This document shows, one piece after another, positions 16,036-28,384 of a stretch of 64,000 nt of DNA. How positions within the stretch are numbered: the first letter of the stretch is position 1; every line of letters begins with the position of its first letter. Source of the stretch: the human T2T-CHM13v2.0 reference genome, Homo sapiens; NCBI RefSeq assembly GCF_009914755.1, contig NC_060936.1; one strand, given 5' to 3'. Under the pieces are notes generated by a model. That model did no database searches. It worked only from the letters and a program-made list of their open reading frames with translations, and was not told the origin of the DNA. The position numbers and the translations under genes were made by a program.

Positions 16036-19034
16036 CAAAAAAAAAAAGGCATTGTTATGAGGCATTTTAAAGAGTTCCTTATGTGATTATAGACTAATTC
16101 ATCTCTTAGGTATCTGTTTTCCAATTTGAAAACATTACCTCCTCTGTCCTATCATCTTAATTGCTTAATTTCTCATCACTTATTTACTCTTTTTCAGCTT
16201 TCTGTTTTTCTCATGCATGAGAAAAATGCATTTCAGCTGAAAACAGTATTATGAAGGAGAAGTACTTCAAAATAAAACACTTTACTCAACCCAAAAGACT
16301 CACTATAAGGTGCATTAATTTATTGCTGTGATTACAATTCACATTTTAATTTGTAATTTCTCACTTAATGTCTAAGTTTCTTGCGATAGACTGTAAGCTT
16401 TCTGATATCAGGCAGCGAGTTTCCCCACAGCCTGTGTCACCTCATGCAGTGACACATTGTAGCCATTCAATAAATACCTCTTAACTGAAGGAAGGAATGC
16501 ATACTCGACAGCTCAGAAAGGATTCATAGATATATAGAAATGAATAAATGTATAATGTCCCTCACAATAGTGAGCACATAACTGCTGTTTCCTTTCAAAG
16601 AGGGAAGGGATAAGGTTTGACCTGGAACAGGAGGGATTAATGGACATAGTACATGCCTGATTAACTTGGCAAATGTTTATTTATTGCAGTTCTCAAACAG
16701 TAGCTGCCACTTCTAGCTGGGAGAGAAATGAGAGCTCTGCTCATGGTGATCCAGTATCTCCAGAATCCATCACCACTGCTGACCTCCCACTCCATGTCTC
16801 CAAGTGCTCTGCTATACCTGCCACCAGCAGCTGCCACCTCCAGACTTTGGAAGGTTATAATAAAACCTCTGTTCTACGATCTGCCTTCTGCTTCAACATC
16901 CTCACTCCCCACAAACAATTCTAATAAACAGCAATTAATCTGAAAGTGTTTTTGCAATTTTAATGTATGAGATATGGTTTCTCTCAAAAGCTACACTGCT
17001 CTTGTGTCCTTACAAGGTATTTTCTTAGCAAGAATAATCTGTTTGCATGGGTGTTAATGACTAAATCCCTTTCTTGTAAAGTTATGCCCATCTGTCACAC
17101 AAGAAGAATAGTACCCTTTAGAGAGCGCTGAAATGTAGGGAAATGTAGGGAAAATGAGCAGCTATTCAAAAAGGTAAAATGCTGCCACAGAGCCTGATAA
17201 GAGCAATTAATTAAACATTAAGTGTAGAATAGGGAATATATGGCATGGGATAAATTATAGTCACAATTCATGTTTCTTTTGTCTCCAGAAGTTCACACAC
17301 AAAAACCCATGCCTTTACAAAACAATAAATTCAGCACTGTCAATGATGCTTGTTTCCTCATGAATGTTGCAGAGGTCTCTCCAAGTGACTCAGTTGCATG
17401 GAAAAAGTTGTGTCACAAAGAACCAAGGTGAGCTGAAGCAGAAAGTGGGAGAAATGAGGTGCAAGGGTGTAGAGGAATAGGATTTGGACAACTGAGAGTG
17501 AAGAAAGGAGGTTATACATTTAAAGCAACCTTGTCTTGCTTCTCTAAAGCACCTCAAAGTTTATCAGCAAAAACTATCTCTCTGCCTTCTCTTTCACATA
17601 GCAATTATAGCAATTTCTTAATCTCAGGAGGATGCTACTATCTTCTAAGGCAATAAAACCTGTTCTAGAATTATGTTACTAGCTTGCAAAATGCTTTTGC
17701 TAAGGCTTCCTAACAATGCCATCTAAAGAAGTTCCCTTTTTAGAGATGATATCATATCCCACATATTTGAAATATTTAAGGAGAGCAGAGATTTAAAGTA
17801 CAATTTATTTCTGGTGAAGACAAAATGGAAAGTGTGTTACATACTGATTGAAAGGCAGCCACGAAAATAGGCTTATTTCAGTACTTTCTATTGTTATTAG
17901 AATCCATAAAGCTCTGAAAAAAAGATGTTTGATCTTAAATCTGAGTGTAATAGAACCAATCTGATGGTTTTCTCTAAGCAAGAGGTGAGGAGATGGCATA
18001 GAAACCTGTTTTGTGTGATGGCGGTGAGATAGATCATACCATTTTAATTGGTATCAAGATTGAAATGGTTGCACAAAATTATCCCTCTGGGATTGTTTTA
18101 CTGCTGAGGTATTATAGATTTACACTCAGCTTGGTAAAACTTCTTAGAAAAGGTAATTTCTATCCTGAATACAAAGTCTAAACAGAGTTAGGAGAAAAAG
18201 AATACATGCAAACTTACAATTGTCAGTTTAAAAACCACATCTACAATTACAGAGTATAAAGTGGCCCTGGCTAATCAGATACAAATTCAGTAAATCTCTC
18301 ATGCATGAATCCCATCTCAATTAACTACTAAAATGCAAGAGTATATTTAAAAACACACACACAGAGAAAAGAGATCTTAAAGGAATTGCATTCTCTCAGA
18401 TAGTTTGATGAGTCTCTGAAGGTAAACCAGGTCTGTTGCTATGCAGAAGATCAGCAGAATCTAGGGAAGGAATGTGAAAGATCCATGACATTGTAATTCA
18501 GCATTACAGGGTTTGCCAACCACATTTCATTCTCACCCACTAAATTAGGAATGTAAGGCACTGCCAGCAAGCAACAAGACAATGCAAAAGGAGATAAAAG
18601 CCCAAGCAATGCTACTTGTTCACTAATCACCCAAAAAAGAAACCTGTCACTGCACAGCTCGATACAAACATTGGAATGAGATACTTTGCAAAAGAGCCCT
18701 AAAATGAGTTAGGACACAAAACATTTTTATGAAGCACTATTTCACATAGAAACTGCAGAGATGTTTTCTTTAATCATGTACAGAACAGCTACAACAGTCC
18801 AATCTGCATAGAAGTGTTCTTTCTACACAGAGAAACAGTTAATCACCAATTCTTTATCTCATTTCACCCCCACAGTAGCCTTCCGAGGTATGAATTATTT
18901 GCCCTCAACTAAAAGACGAGAACATGAAGTCTCCAAGAGTTAAATGACTTACACACAGTCCTCAGTCAGTTTGGTGGGGAGGTCGATCCCAAGTCCTCTT
19001 GAGGTCCAGGGTCCCTGTAACAGGTGCTCTAAAG

Positions 19035-19312
19035 CAGTGCTTCTCAGACTCTCTATGGTGAAGGACTTCTTAAAATTACAATTTGTCACTTTTGTAATGA
19101 TGCTTAAAAAAGAAAGATTTACTCGCAAAATAAAATTTTAAAAAACAAGAAGAGATACTGACTCAGATATTTCAAGAATATGTTTGAAACATATAAAATT
19201 ACACTTTGAAATTGCTATAAAAATAAATGCTTACCTTCAATTACCACCACAGACTGGTAACAAATGATTCCTGGGCAAACATCAGTTTATATTCCACACT
19301 TTGAGCAACTTT
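19035..19312. mobile_element. hAT-Charlie non-autonomous DNA transposon remnant (MER-type)
   Basis: Starts cagtgcttctcagact and ends ccacactttgagcaact, i.e. degenerate Charlie-type terminal inverted repeats. Confidence 0.5.
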
Positions 19313-19907
19313 GTGTTGATCTACTGGTTCAATGAATATGTATTTGATGGTCCCCAAACCACACACACACAAATGAAAAACTCTTCCTGGCTTCAAAGTA
19401 AGCAGAATGACTAGCTGAGCCACTCTCGGTCACCCGGTCTTTCCCTGGACCATCCTCCAAAGAACATTTTCAGAAAACATCAACACTTGGCCCCTACATT
19501 TTTGGTGTAGAAGAATGATCTAAGTCTACCCTTGCTCTCCAGACAACTGTTCTGCCTATGTGTGGATTCCGTTCTTGCACTGGGGTGAAATGAAGCTTGA
19601 CAAGGAGTGGGGAACAGAGGGCAGATGGGTTTGCATTGTTCTCCTTGGATCTTTCTCACCTTTATTTTTACCTAGGATGGCTCAAAGCTCTGTCTAGGGC
19701 TGCACGGCAGATCCTGTGTTAGAGCTGTGTTTGCACTGCAAACAATGGCTTTTACCCAGCTTATTCGTTAGAGATCAATAAAAGCAGTGGTTTTTCTGAA
19801 GCTGTTTTTACTTACTTACACTTTACATAAAATTATAAAAATTATCTGTATCAAAATTTTATATCCTCACTTTTAGTTAGGCTGGCTTGAGAGAACTGAG
19901 GGAGATG

Positions 19908-20226
<319 letters not shown>

Positions 20227-20359
20227 GAGAGAACTAAGGGAGATGACTAGGAGTGGAGTCTCTAAGTAAAAACATATGTTCCTTCAACTTTCTTCCTTTC
20301 CTTGCTACCATCCTGTTTACCGTTCCTCGTCAAAGTCACATTTTTTTGAAAGAAATACT

Positions 20360-20543
20360 TATACTGTGGAAGCACCATTACTATGATTCTTATTCCTACT
20401 ATGGTTTTCTGTCGTACTTGAGATAGGCTGTTTTAATTACCTGGCTTTACTTAGGAAAGAAGAAATATTAAGGTTTAAAGTCTGTAATGATCAATGGCTC
20501 ATAATTCATTAAATCTTTTCATACAAGGAAAATAACAACAAAA
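20360..20543 (+). pseudogene. Candidate short processed retrocopy (3'UTR-like fragment with poly(A) signal and A-tail)
   Basis: 11-bp direct repeat aaagaaatact (20349-20359 / 20544-20554), ATTAAA at 20508-20513, A-rich tail from ~20529. Body not recognised as a repeat. Confidence 0.55.
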
Positions 20544-21314
20544 AAAGAAATACTGCCTATCACCTTCCATTACTCCCAAACTTACTAGATTTTCTGGTTT
20601 TTTTTTTTTTAAATAAAAATCATATTTCTGAAATGGCTATGGCTAAAATTGCCAATTACCTTCTTACAATAAATACAGTGGATACATCTTAGACATTCTC
20701 TTATTTAATATATCTGAAGTAGTTAACATTGTTGACCAGCATCACTTTAAAAAAAAATGTATGGAATAGAAAGAACTTGAATGAAAGCAAAAGCCTTGAC
20801 CTACCTCCCATAAACCATTTCTCTCTTTAGTTCTTCTTATAGTTACCACCAAATCTAATTTACAAACACTTTTGAAGTGTTTATAAATGTAAGACAATGC
20901 TCTGAGTACTTTACAAATGTTAATTTATTTAGTGGCCTCAGTAACCTAATGACCTTATAAAGTAGGTACTATTATTAGAGTCATCTGCGGTTGAAGAAGT
21001 TGAGGCTGAAGGACAATTATTTTTTTCTATGGAAACTTTTTTTTTTTCCTAGCTCCAATCTAGACCGATTATCTAGACCTGCCAAGCAGCTTCCATCCCA
21101 GAATTCTCTACCCTGCTTTCCCATGTTGAATCTACTCTATACAGAATCTGGTGTTATCCTCTTTCTTGATTTTTTAAATCTCCTTTAACTGTTTTTTATA
21201 TGATAGTGGTTTTATAGAAATAAAGTGGATAATACATAATGTTTCATCTAATTTCAGATAATTAGTTTATATTCACATTGAGAATAAAGTGACATTTGTT
21301 CTTACACAAAAAGT

Positions 21315-21464
21315 TTATTTTTTAACTTTTATTTTTAAATTCAGGGATACATGTGCAGATTTCTTACATAGGTAAACTGTGTCAAGGGGATTGGTGTAAA
21401 GCTTATTTAGTCCCCAGGTATCAAACCTAATGCCCACTAGTTAGTTATTTTTCCTGATCTTCTC
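21315..21464 (-). mobile_element. Short L1PA13-16/L1PB-type 3'UTR fragment
   Basis: ttttatttttaaattcagggatacatgtgcagatttcttacataggtaaactgtgtca...ttatttttcctgatc. Confidence 0.75.
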
Positions 21465-21480
21465 AAGAAAGGGTGCATAG

Positions 21481-21842
21481 TATTATCGTCTGAATGTGCC
21501 TCCCCTAAAATTCATATGTTAAAATCCTAACCGACAAGATGATGGTATGAAAAGTTGGGGCCTTTAGCAGGTGATTATGTCATGATAGCACAGCCCTCAT
21601 GAATGGGATGACTGCCTTTATAAAAGAGACTGCAGAGAGCTTGCTCTCCCCTTCTACCGTGTGAGCACATGGCAAGAAGGTGCCATCTATGAACCAGGAA
21701 AGGGTCCTCACCAGATACAAAACCTTCTAACACCTTCATCTTGGACTTTCCAGCTTCCAGAGCTGTGAGAAATAAATTTCTGTTGTTTATAAACCACCCA
21801 TTTTATGCTATTTTATTATAGAAGCCCAAATGGACTAAGACA
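21481..21842 (+). mobile_element. MLT1A/MLT1A0 solo LTR
   Basis: tattatcgtctgaatg...aaattcatatgtt...ctgtgagaaataaatttctgttgtttataa...gactaagaca. TSD catag (21476-21480) / catgg (21843-21847). Confidence 0.85.
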
Positions 21843-22147
21843 CATGGGAAATAAAAGTTTTATGACTCCTTGCATATCTAAAAATACCTGCACTCTGCTC
21901 ATGTACTTAAGTGATAATTTGGATAGAAATAGAATTCTGCATTGAAAAAAAGATTTACCTTGGAAAGTTAAAAGTATTGTTTTACTGTGTTCCAATAGCC
22001 ATTGTTACTGGTGAAATAAGTCTAATACTAGTCAATTGTAATTACGTAGTATATGGAATGTGATATGCTGATATGATTTTTCTACTTTAGAATCTTTTTA
22101 ACCCCTTGATGTTTTGAAATTTTGTATGTAAGCTCTAGCTGTAGGTG

Positions 22148-22490
22148 TGTGGTAGACAGAATTCTAAGATGTTTCCCAGGATTTTCCATTCCTCCAGTCT
22201 ATCACATGTTATACACATTCCCAGGGTCTGTGAATGTGATAGGTTTTACTCCTAGGACTAGGTTATGGTTATGGCACAACTGACCTTAAAATAGGAAGAT
22301 TATCAGTGAGTCTGAACTAGTTGCAAAAGCCCTTTAAAAAAACCAGTGTTTTTGGCTGGCTGCAGAAAAGGAAGTCAGACATTGGAAGCACAAAAATGAT
22401 TTAACATGTCACTCCTGGCTTGAAGATGGACAGAGTCACATGGTAAGAAATGTAAGTGGCCCCTCAATGCTGAGATGAATCTCACTGGTG
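22148..22490 (+). mobile_element. MLT1E/MLT1F-like LTR, 5' part
   Basis: tgtggtagacagaattctaagatg...ggttatggcacaactgaccttaaaataggaagattatc...ctggcttgaagatgga. Confidence 0.7.
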
Positions 22491-22907
22491 TAATTGCTGG
22501 CAGAGTAAAAGAGATTATTTTGAGCAGAGAGCTTTTCTTGAAAGGAACTCTCAAATATACTTTTCTTACTAGTCCTGGGAAAGAAGGGGCAAATGAGTAT
22601 TTGACTTTTCGAGTACCTCTTTTTAGTGAACAAAAACAGAAAAAAATTAGGTTGAGCAGAAGGCTCAGATATCACCAAAAATCTCTAAATTATTAATCTA
22701 AGTATCTTGGACATGACCCTGGAATAAAAGAAGAGAAACATTTTTGTACCCTGATAGGTTTTGCATGTGTTTCAGCACCCGAGTACCCACTAGTTATTTT
22801 TCCTGATCCTCTCAAGAAAGGGTGCATGGTATTATGGTCTGAATGTGCCTCCCCTAAAAGTCATATGTTGAAATCCTGTAAAAGATAAATCCCAATTCGT
22901 CTAAAGA

Positions 22908-23128
22908 AGAAGTCACCAAACTATGGCCCATAGGCTGAATCTGTACTCCCAACTTTTGGAATAAAATGTAGTTGGAACACAGCCATGCTCATTTGTTTAT
23001 GCACCATGGTATGTGGCTACTTTTGCACTACAACAGCAAAAGTGAGTCATTGTGACTGAGACAGTATGGCCAATAAAGCCTAACATTTACTACCTGGCTC
23101 CTAAAAGGGAAAGATTGCCTACCCATGG
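22908..23128 (+). mobile_element. MER58A (hAT-Charlie MITE)
   Basis: caaactatggccc...ttggaacacagccatgctcatttgtttatg...gtgactgagacagtatggcc...aaagcctaacatttactacctggc. Confidence 0.85.
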
Positions 23129-23189
23129 TCTAAGGCAAAAAGGGTAATCCCATTCCCCTTGTCAATAACTGGTTTAGGAAAGGGCATAT

Positions 23190-24048
23190 TGATAGAGACA
23201 GGAGGCAGAGAAACTCTAGGCAGACAGAGGCAGGTCCCTGATGAAGCCCCACCTTCAAGCCGAAAAGCCTGAAACCCATGGTTCAAAGTGAGAACTTCTA
23301 TCCCTATTTGCCCACTCTCTCCCAATTGGTTCTTTCTAAATAATGTCTTTTTACCAATTGAATATTGCCTTTTCCAAAACTGCCTATGGTCTACCCCAAC
23401 CCCAGCCTGTGCCTATAAAGACCCCAGACTCAGCTGGTAGAAGGGAGAAGTGGCTGGACACTGAGGAGAGGCGACTTGACTTCAGAGACAATGGCTGGAC
23501 AGCAGAGAGAGGCAGAGGCGCGACTTGACTTCAAGGGAAAGTGACCTGCCTTTCTCATCCTCTTTCCAGCTTCTCTCTCAGCCAACAGCCACTTTCATCG
23601 CTCAATAAAATTCTCTGCATCCACTATCTTTCAATTCATCCACGTGACCTCATTCTTCTGGGACATTGAACAAGAATTCAGGACCCACCAAGTGCAGGTA
23701 CACAAAAATGCTGTCACACTGGCCCTTTGCCCTCACTGGTAGAGGACAGCCACCCCACGTGATGAGGCAAAGGGCCCACTGAGCTGATAACACACTGCTG
23801 TCTGCGGATGGCAGAGTTAAGAGAGCATTGTAACATGCCTTCTGGGGCCTTGAGGTCAGGCACCCCCACCTGGAGGCTGCCGCAGGGCCTGCACGGAGTT
23901 TGCTTCTACGGGTGCCAAAGCAGCCGGCTGGTTCCTACACTAGCTCGCTTACATACTCCCTCCCACGAGGGATTGAGCATTGTGGGCTAAGTAAACAGGG
24001 CACCCCTGTCACAGTCCCATGAAGGGGTCAAGAAAATACCCTTCATCA
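23190..24048 (+). mobile_element. ERV1 solo LTR, MER50 family (inserted in an MLT1K-like remnant ~23135-24360)
   Basis: TG...CA termini. tgatagagacaggaggcagagaaactctaggcag...aagccgaaaagcctgaaacc...caaagtgagaactt. TATA-like cctataaag ~23412, AATAAA ~23604. Confidence 0.8.
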
Positions 24049-26154
24049 GTAGGATTCATAATTGCCTGTGACATATGAAAGGAAGATAGCTGTGGAGCTT
24101 TGGAGAAAGGTTTCCACACTTTTAAGGAAACATGCTATTTTTCTTCTGCTGTGTGTTGGGTCTGGAGGTGAGAATGACAGAAAGGAAGTATGGAAAGGGC
24201 CTGCTTCCTAGACAGTGTGTTTGAGCATTAAATTAATCCAATGTAGGAGCTGCTTTTCCTCAGAACTTCTAATGTTGTGAGATAATAAATGCCCATTGTT
24301 ATTTAAATCATTTTGAGATGAGTTTTTCTTGTATACTGCTGAAAGTTTCCTACTTGTAACACAACCCCGCTTCTAACACAAAGCTCTTCAGGAGAAGAGG
24401 TAATAAAAACTAGGCCTCTGTTTTCATTTTCTGCCACACTGTCTTGAGGACTGTGCTGCCCTGGTTACAGCTCAACCTCTTAAGGAAGGAGGCCAATTCT
24501 GTGAATCAAATGTTCCTTTGAACTGAAAAATCATGTTTATTCCAACTTCTGTTTGGGGCCTTCTGTCTGCTGGAGGCTTCTAGAACATTTGTGTCATGGA
24601 GGAAAATTCTCATTTTAGAAGTAAAAAATTTGTCTGTCTGGATTTTTTTTAAAGGTGCATCTAAATTGCTTTCTTTACTTGAAGATTTTTTAAAGACAGT
24701 ATTTAAATGTGAATATCAAATTTATTAGATTTTCAAACTTCCATAAATTTTTAACACAGTTAGATTTCAATTCATATATATATATATGTATCTTCACAGG
24801 TTTTAAATATTTTACTTTTTTCTCCAGGTGATGGTATGAAATCATGATAGTTTCTAGAAGCATAAAGTGATTATTTCATTTTGTCTTACTAATAAATACT
24901 TTCTGAGTAAAGCATTTTATGTGATATCCCAAAGTAGTACCTTAAATTGAATTTAGTAAATCCAGTAACTTAAACTCCTTTGATTTCATCACCTAATCTA
25001 CATAAGTCAAGGTTCCTCAGAGAACTAATTGAAGCTATTTTCCCATTTGTAGTTGAAACAAGTATTTTTGCAATGCAGCCCCATTTCATAATAAAATTCT
25101 CGCTGGCAAATTCTGTTCTAGTATGTAATTGTGATAGTCCTAAAGGCACTTTTAATTCTGTTAGAGGCAAATTGTTCATGCTACTAGGTGCAAACCTATA
25201 AAATAAAGGGGAAATTCCCAATATACACAGAAAAAGTTGGATCTCATTATTTATATCTCCGTATTTTGTCTGTTTAATCTTTTATAAAGTTTCTTTTTGC
25301 TTCAAGGGAAAAAACAGTGACACACTTTTAAGAGAGGATTTTGAAGCACATAGTAAATGCAAGTTAATAAGCATTTTTAGAAATATGTTCTTACTTGAAA
25401 ATATTCTTTTTTGCATCATTTCACTTAATACTAATTTTATCTATTCCTCAGTCTGATTTTGGCACTAAAAAGTAAGTTACAATAATACGATATTATAATC
25501 TCTCCCTGAGATTAAATACATAAGTTCATTTAAACTTGATAATAAGACATTACATTATATCACTATTATCTTGCAGGAAAAGACACTGTAGAGTAAGTTG
25601 ACCAAGGTAACCCACTTCGTAAGAGGTAGAATTATCCTACAAAGTCTGGTCTGGTTGATCAGAGAGCTACCCTGAAATATTCACAAATCATTCAAGTTAA
25701 ACAAACAAACAAAATCATTGATAAAAATGTGTTGTCAGGAAGAATTGTTGTAATAAGCAATAATTTTGTCATAAATATGTCTATAAAATGTGTAGATAAG
25801 TCAGTCTCAAGAGAGACTGTAGTTACTGGTTGACAGAGTTCCCACCCAATCCTCTTGTTTTTTAATTAAAAATAAGAATAATAGTGAAACAATGGCATAT
25901 ATTTATTTAGACCATCATAATAAACTCAGCTCTTTGACCTCCATAAACTCAGCTTCTCCAGAAGGGATTCCTAGATATTCCCCATCAAGACAGTCTGTGC
26001 TCTCCATCTCATGGAAACGAGTACGGTGACAAATCCAGAAACATAAGCTATTAGTGTGATGGGAAAAAAACTCTCTCTTTTCTTCCCCTTAATACTCCCA
26101 GTAAGAATGGCTTTAATTGGTTCATTAAATCTCCATTAATCTAAACTATTTCTT

Positions 26155-26458
<304 letters not shown>

Positions 26459-26479
26459 TAAACTATTTCTTATCTCTAT

Positions 26480-27215
26480 GGTATACAAACCATTCTCCCC
26501 AAATCTACCCTTCTACTCCTGAGCCCACATATACTTTTATACTTTTTATGCTTTTTTCCTTCCTAATCTAAACTGCACAGTACAGCCAAGGGATTATTTT
26601 AACATATAAGCTGGACTTTCTCACTGTCCAGCGTGAAACTACTTGATGCTTTGCATTGCTCTTATGATCAAGACAAAAATCCCCAGCAAGACCAATGAGG
26701 CCTGCATCGCTTGATTTATGCCTTCATTCAGCCTTGCCTCAAGTCACTTTCTCTTACTCTAGGTTCTCCAGTTGCAATGACCTTCTTCAGTTTCCTCAAA
26801 AATTATGAAGCTCTTTCCTGCATTTATAGATGCATATTTCAGCACACTTGTAGATGTTCTACCTTTGCCTGTAATTTTTTATGAACTTTTCCTACCCCAG
26901 CCCCATGGTCTAATTTCTACTCACCTTTCAGGCTTCACATCAATATCACTATGAAGACTCATTTTCTGACCCAATTACACTAGAGCTGGTCTCATTGCTA
27001 TATCCTCACTTAACACTGTACATTTTTATACCATGTATGATAACTTAAATCATTATTTCATTCATATGTGTTGTACCTACTGGTTTGTAAGTTGTATTAA
27101 GATAAATATCTATTCTTTTTAAAGTGATTTTCCCAATTCAAAACAGGTAATCTATATGTGTTGGATAAATGGATAGATCGATAGATAGATGAATAGACGG
27201 ATGGATGGATGGATC
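26480..27215 (+). mobile_element. L2 3' region ending in (GATA/GATG)n tail
   Basis: ctaaactgcacagtacagccaaggg...cacctttcaggcttcacatcaatatcact...tgtgttggataaatggatagat. Confidence 0.65.
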
Positions 27216-27237
27216 CATGAATAAAAGAGAAAAATTA

Positions 27238-27515
<278 letters not shown>

Positions 27516-28038
27516 AGAAAAATTAATAGAATGACCAAGTCAGACTCATCCCCAGGAAGAGAAACAGGCCACATATAAAGGAAATCAGGCTATAGGGAAA
27601 TATAGAATTATTCAAAAAATTAAAAACATGACCCATTTTACAGTTCTCCTCATGCTATAAATACACATTGCCTCCTCATACCTCTGTCATATGCAAAGAT
27701 CAAGCCAAGTTGAACCACTTAGGGCTAGGCACATTAAAAAAAAACCCTTTTTTAAAGGTAGGAATTACACAAGTTAAACTAACTCCAGTATATAATAAGA
27801 ATAAATCAGGTATAAGATATTAAGTAAAGTTACTATACCTGGTATATTTTTTATCATTCAGTTTAATTTCACTGGAGTTTAAAGATGACACGATTCTTAA
27901 TCTTGTAATGTGAATGTGGCATATGTAATTTATATAGAGATGCTTTACTTACCACTCATTCATTCTTTCATCTTTCCTGGAAAATAAAATAATGAGAGCA
28001 TTATTTGGTTACTTCTTCCTTGCTAAAACTTTCATGAT

Positions 28039-28069
28039 TCTCTTTCTCTCTCTCACACACACACATACA

Positions 28070-28114
<45 letters not shown>
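28039..28114. repeat. Compound microsatellite (CT)n(CA)n(GA)n
   Basis: Direct reading. Confidence 0.95.
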
Positions 28115-28118
<4 letters not shown>

Positions 28119-28384
28119 CTTTCCTGAGCAGCGATTCAGAAAAAAAGGATGTTTCTGATGAACAAGTTTAAGAATAGCATTTTAATTCTTCAGCCATTTT
28201 TTGTTGAAGTGTTACACATACATAAAAGTGTGCAAATCATAAGTACACAGTTCAGTGAAATTTCACTATGTGAATATCTCTGTAATCAGTACCTTCTATT
28301 TAGTGCTATTCAATATAGCCAGATGTGACTATTTAAATTTTAATTAATTGAAATTAAATACAGTTAAAAATTCCACGTTTTATT

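Noticed and set aside
17130-17157. gaaatgtagg x2 and similar 10-13 bp tandem repeats (9892, 12937, 15702)
   Set aside because: Ordinary slippage duplications with no array or spacer structure. Not CRISPR-like.
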